Below, in pieces: positions 51,326 to 63,700 of a stretch of 64,000 nucleotides of DNA. The stretch's first letter is position 1, and each line of letters opens with the position of its first letter. This DNA comes from Octopus sinensis (taxonomy: Eukaryota), in assembly GCF_006345805.1 (NCBI RefSeq), contig NC_043007.1, positions 20,894,001 through 20,958,000 on the forward strand. Reading direction: 5' to 3'. Made by a program: the position numbers and the translations under genes. The notes beneath the pieces were generated by a model that saw only the letters and a list, made by a program, of their open reading frames with translations, was not told where the DNA came from and ran no database searches.

Positions 51326-52115
51326 CTTTTCTTTTGTTTGTCATTTGACTGTGGCCATGCTAGAGCACCACCTTTAGTTGAGGACTTATTCTTTGTAAGC
51401 CTAGTACTTATTCTATTGGTCTCTTTTGCCGAACTGCTAAGCTACGGAGACATAAACACACCAACATTGGCTGTGAAGTGATGGTGGTGGGGACCAAACA
51501 CAGACACACAAGCATATATATATATATCTTGGGCAAGTGTCTTCTGCTATAACCCCGGGCCGACCAATGCCTTGTGAGTGGATTTGGTAGATGGAAACTG
51601 AAAGAAGCCTGTCGTATATATGTATATATATATAAGTGTGTGTATATATGTTTGTGTGTCTGTGTTTGTCCCCCTAGCATTGCTTGACAACAGATGCTGG
51701 TGTGTTTACGTCCCCGTCACTTAGCGGATCGGCAAAAGAGACTGATAGAATAAGTACTGGGCTTACAAAGAATAAGTCCCGAGGTCGATTTGCTCGACTA
51801 AAGGCGGTGCTCCAGCATGGCCGCAGTCAAATGACTGAAACAAGTAAAAGAGTAAAGAGTAATATATATACATGACAGGCTTCTTTCAGTTTCCTTCTAC
51901 CAAATCCACTCACAAGGCTATAGTAGAAGACACTTGCCCAAGGTGCCATGCAGTGGGACTGAACCTGGAACCATGTGGTTGGTAAGTAAGCTACTTACCA
52001 CACTGCCACTCCTACGCCTATTTATATATAGTTGAAAATTATGAAAAACAAAAATGAAGACAGGTGTATGAACAACAAGCAAGTGTATTAGTTTGATGCT
52101 CGGAAAAATGAAAAA

Positions 52116-52154
52116 GTCTTTTATGTTTCGAGCCTACGCTCGTCAGCAGAAAGG
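52116..52154 (-). ncRNA. Minimal hammerhead-like motif in a Penelope-like repeat fragment (degenerate)
   Basis: Reverse complement reads CUUU-CUGCUGA-C-GAGC(GUAG)GCUC-GAAA-CAUA-AAAG. Confidence 0.5.
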
Positions 52155-53338
52155 TATAAGAAAGTGCATGAAAGTGGAAAGGATGATGGAGATGGGTATC
52201 AGGGTATACACTCAAAGTACAAGATTATGGTAAATATATATATAGTGGTGTTAGGAAGGGTAATCAGCCATAGAAAGTGTGCCAAAACAGACATGGAGCC
52301 TGAACTGCCCTTCAGCTGGTCAGCTTCTGTCAAATTGTCCAACCTATGCCAGCATGGAAAATGGATGTTTAATGATGATGATATAAAGCAAGTATCAATC
52401 TGAAGAAAAACTGATAAGTTGAAATAAAATGGTATAATTTTGATAATATATGAACTTACCATATTTGTGTATAATGCACTGACCTAATTAAGGACAGTGA
52501 AATTTGAGGATAAATGTCGTGTGTGTATGTATATGTATAATCATATCTGTCGAGCCGGCCTTGTCACACTCCGTGTCACGCTGAATATCCCCGAGAACTA
52601 CGTTAAGGGTACACAGGCTGTTCCGTTGATTCGGATCAACCGGAACCCTCGTCGTCATAACCAATGGAGTGCTTCCACCAGAAAGAGCTTAGCCAGATTT
52701 ATTATAGTTGCTATATAAAATGCTTTTGAAAAAGTTTATTCATCATCATTGAAATATAAAAAGAGAGAATTCAAAAGTGACCTTTTGAAGTTTTATATAA
52801 GCTGTAAAATTCACTCAATAATGTCAACACTGTGGAACTGATAACGACTAGTGTTATTGATTACGTATTCAGGGTTGTTTACTGAAAACGATCTTGTTTT
52901 CTGACTCCAAAAACAATAACAAAGAAATCATTAACAGAATCTACGTATGAAGTCATCACCAAGCAACCTCAACTGGAGATCGTCACCGTTGTCGTCATTG
53001 AATGCCCACTTGTTTGTGCTTTCATGGGTCAGTCGGAATTTATTGAGGGAGATTTTCTATGCTCAGCTGCTCTTCCTGTCATTGACTCTCAACCGTCTCC
53101 GAATAATATTTGTCCGTGATCAGACATGTTTCAGGAGATTGAAAATGGAGGACACTGCTTGCATGACACTTGTTTTACAACCACCGTGTGATGTGAAGTC
53201 AAGGAGACGGTAACACACCCACACAGTGTGTGTGTGAATATATATATATGTGTGTGTATATATATATATGTGTATGTGTGTGTGTGCATATATATATATA
53301 TGTGTGTGTGTATGTATATATATGTGTTTATTTCCTCA

Positions 53339-53376
53339 TCTTTCTATTGAAGAGCCTAGGCTCAAAATGTAAAAGA
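53339..53376 (+). ncRNA. Minimal hammerhead-like motif, same family (degenerate)
   Basis: UCUUU-CUAUUGA-A-GAGC(CUAG)GCUC-AAAA-UGUA-AAAGA. Confidence 0.42.
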
Positions 53377-53598
53377 CTTTCTCACGAGTGTCTAACTAAA
53401 ACACCTGCTTGTTTATACACCTGTCTTCATCTTTTGTTTTTCTGTAAATTTCAACTGTGTCTGTATGTATATATATAACCCATGCTAGCACAGAAAACGG
53501 ACGTTAAACGATGATGATGATGAAATTGTATGGATAATACTGTACTAAATTCTGGTGCCTCAACTTAAGTACCATATTCATCTGAATCTATATATATA

Positions 53599-53629
<31 letters not shown>

Positions 53630-53649
53630 GTGTGTGTGTATGTATATCA

Positions 53650-54130
53650 TTGTTTAACATCCGTTTTCCATGCTGGCATTGGTTGGACAGTTTGACTGGG
53701 GTCTGGGAAGCTAGGAGGCTGTGGCAGGCTCCAGTCTGATCTGGCACTCTTTCTACAGCTGGATGCCCTTCCTAATGTCAACCACTCCATGAGTATAGTG
53801 GGTGCTTTTTACGTGCCACGATCGGTTGGTGCTTTTTATGTGCCACTAGCATGGAAGCCAGCCAAGACAGTGCTGATATCGGCCACATTCGGATGGTGCT
53901 TTTTACGTGCCACTGGCACAGGTATCACAACTACAATTTCCATTTGATTTTTATTTTGATGTTGATGTATTTGACTCAATAGGTCTCCTCAAGCACAGCA
54001 GGTCACCCTACGATCCAAGGTAAGCACAGCAGGCCGTCCTGTGATCCAAGGTACTTTGAATGGGCTGGGGCTGGTGGTGTGAAGCTGGTGTAGGATACAG
54101 ACATGAACTCACTTTATTTGTCGGGTCTTA
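53650..54130 (-). mobile_element. Family C retroposon
   Basis: Reverse-complement tail, internal units and 5' part. Confidence 0.85.
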
Positions 54131-54316
54131 GACGTGAGCTCGTTGGCACTTGTGTGTTTGTGTGGCCTCATCAGATAAAAAAAAACCTGTGCAGTGTCTC
54201 ACATACTTCGAGTAATACTGGCATCAGGGGGTTAAAGCCAAGAACTTTTCAGTATCGCTTGTAGATGAGGCATACAGTAGGAGGAAATACCGTGAATTGA
54301 TGAAGAATATATGCAA

Positions 54317-54711
54317 CTAGCAGTATCGCCCGGCGTTGCTCGGGTTTGTTTTGACCCTTTAGAACTGGAATTTTTGAAAAGTAAAAATTTTGCATTATGT
54401 AGCTTGTTATTCTCTTTAAGTGAACATTTTTCTGGTTGAAATACACCGAAAAATGGTGACACGGCTGTCAAAAAGTCAAAAAAAATAGGGATTTTCATAG
54501 AAAAAAAAGCACCTTTTAGATGTAAATAATTTTTGGTGTTAACATGGTCTGATTTGAATTTTTTCTTCTACAGAATGAAGAGCAAGCCTTCTTCTATCAT
54601 ACTCTCAATTTTGGTCAACTTGTGCCGCAGGGTTTGGGAGGAGAAAGTGTTAGTTGAAGGCTACCAAACCTGCCACACAGAGAAAACTTCAGCTTTATAT
54701 ATAGAGAGAGA
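54317..54711 (-). mobile_element. Full-length non-autonomous Helitron, same family
   Basis: Reverse complement: A|TC...CCCGAGCAACGCCGGG hairpin...CTAG|T. Confidence 0.88.
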
Positions 54712-55789
54712 TAAAGAGAGAAAACCTAAGAAGTAATTTAAACAGACTTAAGAACATTTGTCTTCGTAGATAAGGAGAGACGAATGAAATGTCATATTGC
54801 AGAATAGTTTTAACTGGTTCCAATATTGGAAATAACGTCAGAAGCAACAATGGAGATAATGATAACGACATATCTGTTCTGTAAGCAAAGATTTAATTAA
54901 TGTAAAAATTAATTTTGCTGTATCGTCAAGATATTTATTCAGCGTAGTAAGAAAACAAGCGGAGAATATCTCAATAGTTTTGTATTGATTGTGTTTCTGT
55001 TTCTATATATCTGTGATTTATAGAAATAGCATTTAAATATGAGTTGCTTATTTGACATGGGATAAAAACGAGGTTGATATATGGGCGATAAAAATAGAAA
55101 AGAGATGCTGGTGTGGGGCAGGGGAAGGCATAGAAACCTTATTAAAATAGAAAGTAACGAAGGAAGAAAGAGAAGAAAAGCTATTGTAAAACAGTAGCAA
55201 CTGAGAGATTAGATGACCCGAGAAAGAGAAAAGACGTAAATCAATGCGAGAGGTTATAATGAGCCACGATGGAAAGAAAATGGGAAGAAAGAATTAAGTC
55301 GTTGATAAGAGAAGTAAAAGACTCCTGATTCTGTAATTGATTTGCTGTCTGCTGCTAACGGTGAACTCAAGAGTGCAGAATTGTATGGCACAAGAGGATT
55401 TAGTAAATGTAAAATAAGTTAATGATGTGCATAAGGAAAAGTTTATTTTGAAAGGTTTTTGTTCGGCTAATAATAGAAATATTGATTTGAACTAAGGTTT
55501 GGCTGACCACAAAGGATATTTTGTGTGTTAGGTAACTTGCTAACCAAAAACGACATTGTGAGAGTCTATTGATACGATGACAAAAGCCGGCGAAGTGAAC
55601 TTCATCCATAAATGGTTGCCCTAGTTTCTAAAACTCACCCAAATTTCCATAATTCTACAATGGGCGATGCTACCAGAAAATAAACCAAGCACAAACAATC
55701 AAGGAAGCATTAAAAGCAAAATGAACGCTAGCTTTCTGTTTTACGAGCAGCAGCGGAAAATTTTTCCGTAGAGATTATGCCATGTAAAG

Positions 55790-56200
55790 TTGTTACACAC
55801 ACACACGACACACTCACACACACACCACACACACACTACACACACATACACACCACACACACTAAACACACACACTACACACACACGCATACACACACAC
55901 ACATTACACACACACTAAACACACATACACACACACACACTACACACACATACCACACACACATCACACACACACTATACACACACACACACCATACTAC
56001 ACACACACTACGCACACACACATTACACACACACACACACTACACACACACCGCACTATACACACACTATGCACACACATGTTACACACACACACACAAC
56101 ACACTACACACACACACACACTACACACACATACACATACACACTACACCCACATACACTACACACACACCACACACACACACACACACATACACGCACG
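55790..56200. repeat. Degenerate (CA)n tract with CACTA/CATA interruptions
   Basis: Direct reading. Confidence 0.95.
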
Positions 56201-56469
56201 TAGTTGAATAAAATTTCGGTAAAATCCTTGTGGCATGCCATGCAAAGCTCATCCACAGCTATTGGCTACCAAATGTGTTATCATACAAAGGGAATACTTC
56301 TGACATTAGACATACATCTGGAATTCTATAGTATCCACAGAATTTATATAAAGTGATGAGTGAGAGGAAAATGGATAGAATGGCATTCTTTATTTCATAT
56401 CACTACAATTGTTTCCACACATTGTTACACCCATAATACATTGGAGAGATTTATAATTAATAAATTCAT

Positions 56470-56991
56470 TGGACACTAAAGTCTGCTTGCGAAGACCAGT
56501 TGAGCCAAGTGAAATTGAAGTCGAAATCAAACTCGGTGACTGGCATCCGTTGCTAGTGGAGCACTAACAGTACCATGCCAGTGAGATCGTTGCCAGAGCA
56601 ACAAGCTGGCCTTCGTGCCGATGGCATGTTAAGCACACCATTCGAGCGTGATCGTTACCGCGTCGCCTTACTAGCACTTGTGCTGGTGGCACGTGAAACA
56701 TTCGAGCAAGTTCGTCACCAGTGCCACTGGACTGGCTCCTGTGCAGGTGGCACATAAAAAGCACCATTTGGGCATGGCCATTGCCAGTACCACCAAACTG
56801 GCCCTCGTGCCGGTGGCACGTAAAAGCACCCACTACACTCTCGGAGTGGTTGGCGTTAGGAAGGGCATCCAGCTGTAGAAACATTGCCAGATCAGATTGG
56901 AGCCTGGTGCAGCCTCCTGGCCTACCCAGACTCTGGTCAAACTGTCCAACCCATGCTAGAATGGAAAACGGACGTTAAATGATGATGATGA

Positions 56992-56992
<1 letters not shown>
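56470..56992 (+). mobile_element. Family C retroposon
   Basis: Internal units, tail and (GAT)n. Confidence 0.85.
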
Positions 56993-57022
<30 letters not shown>

Positions 57023-58153
57023 ATACAAACTCTCTCACACACATGCACAACCGGCTTCTTTCAATTTCTATCTACCAAATCCACTCACAAGGCCTTGGTC
57101 AGCCCAAGGCTATAGTAGTAACACTTATCCAAAGTTCCATGCAGTTGGACTGAACCTGGAACCATGTGGCTGAGAAAGAAAATACCTATTTCTTTGTTAG
57201 CCCCTTGTGGGTAGTAAAGAAATAGGTAAGTATTTTCTTTCTCAACCACATGGTTCCAGGTTCAGTCCCACTGCATGGAACTTTGGACAAGTGTTACTAC
57301 TATAGCCTTGGGCTGACCAAAGTTCCATGCTGTGGGACTGAACCTGGAACCATGTGGTTGAGAAAGAAAACACTTACCACACAGCCATACCTGTACCAAT
57401 GTTTATAAAAAAAAATTTTAATAAAATAAAATGAAAATGAAAAAAATACAAAGCAAAAGTGTTATAGATATAATGCATGCATCTGAACACAGAGTACAGA
57501 GAACTGCTTTTCTCCCTTTCGGAATCAATGAAATATGTGAAAGACAAGAGTTTAGTTATAGAAAATAATGAGCATGTTAGTCTAAAGTCAGTAAGAGCAT
57601 CATCACTACTACAGCAGTATTTATAGGATTTTAATATTCAGAATAAAAATTTCTGTATTGTTATTTTGCAGTTATTGGTGTGTTTGTTTATGAGGGAAAA
57701 AAATAAATGAAGTAAAAATAATGTGGAAATAAAAATGAAAAAATATAAAAATAAACAACCGTTTTAACATGGAAAAAAAAAAGTAGAGATTTTTTTTTTT
57801 TTTTTTTTTCATAGACAGAACAAAGGCAAAGCCCTTCTCTACCTTAATGCATTAATGGAATTGTAAAATGTTTGAGATGAAATTCAGAATGTATATTGTT
57901 GTGCAAACTTTAATGGTAGTCGATTTTTAAAGTGAGGGAAAATGTGAAGATATATGTTAGCAGTCTACTGGATTTAGTCTCTTTTCCTTCATTGTATGAT
58001 GTTAGTGAGCTGTATAACACACGTGTTGTGAGTGTGTATATGTAATATGTATATATATATATATATAAAGGGAAAGTTTATGAAAATAAACAAAAGACGA
58101 ACGCAGGTGGAGTACAAACAAATGTATTAGTATAATGCTCAGGAATAGAAAAA

Positions 58154-58192
58154 GTCTTTTACGTTTCGAGCCTAAGCTCTTCGACAGGAACG
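58154..58192 (-). ncRNA. Minimal hammerhead-like motif, same family
   Basis: Reverse complement reads UUC-CUGUCGA-A-GAGC(UUAG)GCUC-GAAA-CGUA-AAAGAC, with palindromic stem III ACGU and GUA triplet. Confidence 0.52.
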
Positions 58193-58244
58193 GACACAGA
58201 AAAACAGAGGAGAGAAAAAAAAAAATATATATATATACACACAT

Positions 58245-58810
58245 ATATTCTTTTATTCCTTTACATGTTTCAGTCATTTCACTGTGGCCATGGTGGAGCA
58301 CCACCTTTTGTCGAACAATTCGACCCCAGGACTTATTCTTTGTAAGCCTAGTACTTATTCTATCGACCTCTTTTGTCAAACTGTTAAGTTACAGGGGCGT
58401 AAACACACCAACATCGGTTGTCAAGTGATGGTGGGAGGTACAAACACAGATGCAAAGACACATACATAAATATATACATATATACATATATGTATAACTA
58501 TATAGTACTTATTCTATTGGCCTCTTAGGCCAAACTGCTAAGTTACGGAGATGTAAACACACCACCATCGGTTATCAAGCGATGTTGGGGGAGACAAACA
58601 CAGGTGCGCAAACATATACACACATACATATATATATACATACATATATATGACAGGCTTCTTTCAGTTTCCATCTACCAAATCTACTCACAAGGCTTTG
58701 GTCGGCCCGAGGCTATAGTAGAAGATACTTGCCCAAGGTGCCACGCAGTGGGAATGAACCTGGAACTATGTGGTTGGTAAGCAAGCTACTTACCACACAG
58801 CCACTCCTTT
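58245..58810 (-). mobile_element. Family B SINE with a duplicated 3' segment
   Basis: Two partial 3' halves separated by microsatellite, then the 5' half. Confidence 0.8.
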
Positions 58811-59587
58811 TACCTTTTACTTGTTTCAGTTACGAGACTGTGGCCATGCTGGGGCACTGCCTGGAAGAATTTTAGTCAAACAAATTGGCCCCTGTATTTA
58901 TTTTTGTTTGTAAGCCTGGTCCTTATTCTAAGGGTCACTTTTTTTTTTTAACAACTAAGTTACCGGGACATAAACAACACACCAAAACTGGTTGTGAAGC
59001 CGAGAGGTAAGTGTGAAAGGCTAGATCTGGCTAGTTTGAAGATAAAACAGGTAAGTTATTTTGGCTGGACATTAAAAAATTTTTTTTTAAATTTTATCTA
59101 GTTTCAGCTCACGAGCTGTGGCCATGTAGGGCACGGCCAGTTTAAATGCTTAAGGGTTAAGATACAAGATGAATAGAAGTAGGTGGTGGGGGGGTTACAA
59201 GAGTGCATGAGGAGCAGGGAAAGGAGATGAAAGAATGAAAGAGGAGCCGGGTGGCAAGTAACAACTGTTTTAAAGACTGGGTAGGTTTGAAGGGTGGATT
59301 TTGTAAGGGATGTTGGATGAGGGGTCAAGGATGACCAGAAAAGTAAATTTTGATCTTGGGTTCATTTGAACTCAGGACAAAAAAAAAAAAGGCACAAAAC
59401 TAGATATGTTTAAACTGGCTTCCTACAAATAATGCCAAAGGCACCACCCTCTCGGAGTAAACAGTAAATGATAACATACAACCAATTTTATTAGAAATGT
59501 CCGTTTCGCTCATCACGGCTTTGTTGTTCTTTTCACAGAAGCTGCTCCCAAGATAATACATATTCTTGTTGGGTGAAGTTTATCTTT

Positions 59588-59813
59588 TCTTCTTCTTCTT
59601 CTTCTTCTTCTTCTTCTTCTTCTTCTTTTTCTTCTTCATCCTTCTCTTCTTCTTCTTCTTCTTCTTCTTCTTCTTTTTTTTCTTCTTCTTCTTCTTCTTT
59701 CTTCGTCTTCTTCTCTTTCTCTTCTTCTTCTTCTTCTTCTCTCTTCTTCTCTCTTTTCTTCTTCTTCTTCTTCTTCTTCTTCTTCTTCTTCTTCATCCTT
59801 CTTCTTCTTCTTC
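59588..59813. repeat. (TTC)n trinucleotide tract
   Basis: Direct reading. Confidence 0.95.
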
Positions 59814-60083
59814 CAGCTTGTTTGTCTTTGTCAGTTAACATACATTTATTTCATAGCTTTGACTTGTTTAAGAATAACAAAATTATCTACAGACAAATAC
59901 ACTCACTCATGCATGTATATATATATATATATATGCATGTATGTATGTATATATATATATATATATATTTAAATTTGCAGAATATATAGCTGTTTGTGTT
60001 TTTGTATGATATATATGTTATATTATGCATGTATGTGTGTTGTATATGTATCTATATGTGTGGTGTGTGTATATGTAATATAT

Positions 60084-60118
<35 letters not shown>

Positions 60119-60459
60119 AATCCATACACACACATACATAAATACATACATACATATGTATGTATGGATATATGTATGTGTGTATATATATATATGCATA
60201 CATGTATATGCATACTATATATACACATATACATACATAAATACATGTATTTATGTATACATGTGTGTGTGTGCACGCGTGTGTATACATACACATACAC
60301 ACACACATAACATATACACACTATCTCTTGTTGTTTGAAGCTCCAAATTGAGAGCATTTAAAGATTTGTGCATAAGTGGAGTGGGGTGTGTGTAGCTGTA
60401 AGATAATTAAATTCACTAATGTTAGTACATATATATACATACATAACATACATACATCT

Positions 60460-60885
60460 ATATATACATATATAATATATATATATATATATATTATAAT
60501 ATATATATATATATATGATATATATATATATAATATATATATATAATGATATATATATATATATAATATATATATAATATATATATATATATATGATATA
60601 TATATATATATATAATATATATATATATATGATATATTAAATATAGTATATATATATTATATATATATATAATATATATATAAATTAATATATAGAATAT
60701 ATATATATATTATATATATAATATATATATATAATATATATATTAATAATATATATATATGATATATATATATATATAATTATATATATATATTATATAT
60801 ATCATATATATTATATATATCATATAATATATATTATATATATATATATATAATATATATATATAATATAAATATATATATATAT

Positions 60886-60930
<45 letters not shown>

Positions 60931-60990
60931 GATATATATTAATATATATATATATAATAAATATAGCGTATATAGATGATAGATATAGAT
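60460..60990. repeat. Interrupted (TA)n tract, almost purely A/T
   Basis: Direct reading. Confidence 0.95.
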
Positions 60991-61689
60991 AGATTCTAAC
61001 AATGCTCTTTGTTGTGCTGTGTTTGTGTGCAGGATTTTGGCCGAGGGGTAAGCATTGATAAGGACGTTGTGTACATATTATGCAAAACACTATCTTGAAT
61101 ACTTCACTCCAACGCAAGATTTTGCTGTATCCGCAAAATATAGGCATTGCTGAGAGGCTGGAGATAAACAAATGTGCTGGATGTTAGATTGGGCTATATC
61201 TGGGGGTTTCTCTTTTTTTTCTTCCTTTGCTTTTATTATTTAAGCAGTCTATTGAACCTTTTGTTGTGTTCATATGTGGGGGAATATGGAAAAAATAAGA
61301 ATATATATATATAAAAGTAACATTCCTGTAATTTTTGTATCAGAATAAGTTTCCATGAATGTAAAGGATTATTTTTGCTATTGATATTTGTTTTATATGA
61401 AAGTGGTGAGTAAACAAAATCCTTAGCTTGTCAGACAAAATGCATAGTAGCAGTTCATTTGTCTTTATGTTCTGAGTTCTAATTCTGTTGTGGTCCACTT
61501 TGCCTTTCATTCTTATTTCTTTATTGCCCACAAGGGGATAAACACAGAGAGGGCAAACAAGGACAGACAAACGGATTAAGTCGATTACATCAACCCCAGT
61601 GCGTAACTGGTACTTAATTTATCAACCCTGAAAGGATGAAAGGCAAAGTCGCCTTTAGCCTTTCATTCTGTTGACATTGATACAAAGCA

Positions 61690-62520
61690 CATTGCTAAAA
61701 TTGCCAAGAAGGCTGATGGTGTCTTGGCATCACTTAGCAAGTCCTTTGTGAGCTGCTCTCCTGCTATCTATCTGAGGCTTTATATAGGTATGGTTGTGGA
61801 GGCACATGGCCTAGTGGTTAGAGCAGCAGACTCGCGGTCAAGGGATTGTGGGTTCAAATCTCAGACTAGGCGATGTGTGTGTTTATGAATGAAACACCTA
61901 AGCTCCACGCGGCTCTGGCAGAAGGTAATGGTGAACTTCTGCTGACTCTTTCACCACAACTTTCTCTCACTCTTTCCTCCTGCAACTTGCAGCTCACCTG
62001 CAACGGACCAGCATCCCATCCAGGTGGGGAACCTATATGCCAAGGAAACTGGGGAACCGGCCCTTATGAGCCTGGCATGGCTTGAGAAGGAACAATAGCT
62101 ATGGTGCAGCCTCACATGGAATTTGCATCATTGGTCTGGAACCCCTATCTTGCCCAGGACATTAATCGTCTGGAAACCGTTCAGTGACGTGCAACCAAGA
62201 GAATACCCTCCATCAGGCATTTGCCATATTCTGAACACCTTACTTCCCTGAGCATAGATACATTGAAACTCCAACGTCTGGCAGCTGACTTGGCAGACAC
62301 CCATAAAATTATTAACCATCTTACCAACAATAACTCTGAGCATCTTTTCAAACTCCACCTGTCTAACACCCATGGACATGTTTACAAAGTCAGAAAACAG
62401 CACAGCTCCCATGACTTTTGGAAACATTTTTTCACGCTGAGAGTTGCTGAAGCATGGAACAAACTGCCAGCATCAGTTGTTAGTTGTCGGAGCACTGCAT
62501 CCTTCAAAACTTCCATGTGA
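61690..62520 (+). mobile_element. CR1-clade LINE ORF2 C-terminal remnant, split by a SINE
   Basis: HIAKIAKKADGVLASLSKSF...LY..MV / QPHMEFASLVWNPY...LETVQ*RATK...HFFTLRVAEAWNKLP motifs. Confidence 0.85.
61795..62094 (+). mobile_element. tRNA-derived SINE inserted in the CR1 remnant
   Basis: A box TGGCCTAGTGG, B box GGTTCAAATC; TSD ATAGSTATGGT at 61784-61794 and 62095-62105. Confidence 0.85.
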
Positions 62521-62681
62521 TCTGCACAAATATACTCATGAAATGATCGTTGGAACACCTTCTTTTCCTCTAAAATATTATCCAAAACTCTTATTACTTT
62601 CTCTATATAGCATTTTGAATGTTTAAAAAACGTCATTTTTCTATATTTCATTATTTTATCCATGTTATGTTTACATATCTA

Positions 62682-63259
62682 CACACACAGATGCAGGAAG
62701 TAAATAAACACCTTTAATTTTCAAAATTTCTGATCGAAGTATCTTAATATGTTTTCACCAGTGTAGAATTTACAATGTAATTATTCTTTTTCCTTCCAGG
62801 TGCCATTTTATTAAACAGTTGCAAAGAGTAACCATGCCACGCACAAAAAATTCAGCAGAATTGTCAGATTTTCAAAGAGAGCGTATTGTTGGGCAATCTG
62901 AGGCTGGTCTTAGCCAGCGAAAAATTGCCGAAAATCTTCAAATTCCTTTTGCTACGTAAATAGAATTATAGTGCAATTCAAAAGCCAAGGAAAGAATCAA
63001 CAGATTCTCATCCCAGCCGACCTGGGCCCTTGGAAAGGAAGCTTTGCTGTTTGAAGAGAATTGTAGAAAACGAACCCCATTCAAAGGCTTCTGATATTGC
63101 AAAACAGCTAGAAGTTAGTCCAAGAACGTGTGTTACATATCTGCATAAGCTTAAGTATTATGGAAGAGCAGCTAGAAGAAAACCTCTCCTTCAACCAATT
63201 AATATCAAATAAAAGATTTTGAAAATTAAAGGTGTCTATTTACTTCCTGCATGTCTGTG
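62682..63259 (+). mobile_element. Internally deleted Tc1-like transposon
   Basis: 36-bp TIR cores 35/36 identical (62691-62726, 63217-63252); TA flanks. Confidence 0.88.
62834..63212 (+). pseudogene. Frameshifted Tc1 transposase N-terminal HTH region ([20 protein letters not shown]...YYGRAARRKPLL); DDE domain absent
   Basis: Tc1-type paired-like HTH and RKPLL motif; frameshift and stop near 62957. Confidence 0.85.
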
Positions 63260-63304
63260 TATATATCTATATCTATATATCCATGTAAATTTTTAGTATT
63301 CATA

Positions 63305-63700
63305 TACTCTTTTACTTGTTTCAGTCATTTGACTGTGGCCATGCTGGAGCACCGCCTTTAGTTGAGCAAATTGACCTCAGGACTTATTCTTTGTAAGCCT
63401 AGTACTTATTCTATCAGTCTCTTTTGCCGAACTGCTAAGTTACGGGGACGTAAACACACCAGCATCAGTTGTCAAGCGATGTTGGGGGGACAAACACAGA
63501 CACACGCATACATATATATATATATAAACATATATACGATGGGTTTCTTTCAGTTTCCGTCTACCAAATCCGCTCACATGGCTTTGGTTGGCCTGAGGCT
63601 GTAGTAAAAGACACTTGCCCAAGGTGCCACGCAGTGGGACTGAACCTGGAACCATGTGGTTGAGAAGCAAGTTTCTTGCCACACAGCCATGCCTGCACCT
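63305..63700 (-). mobile_element. Family B SINE
   Basis: Full-length reverse-complement copy. Confidence 0.88.

Noticed and set aside
59498-59520. Minus-strand GUGAUGAGCGAAAC hammerhead-like string
   Set aside because: No loop for stem II and no NUH site.
39482-60357. Glu/Lys/Arg-, Ser/Leu-, His/Thr- and Tyr/Ile-rich ORFs at 39.5, 55.8, 59.5 and 60 kb
   Set aside because: Microsatellite translations.
1933-63700. tRNA genes
   Set aside because: A/B-box heads belong to SINEs; no complete cloverleaf was seen.
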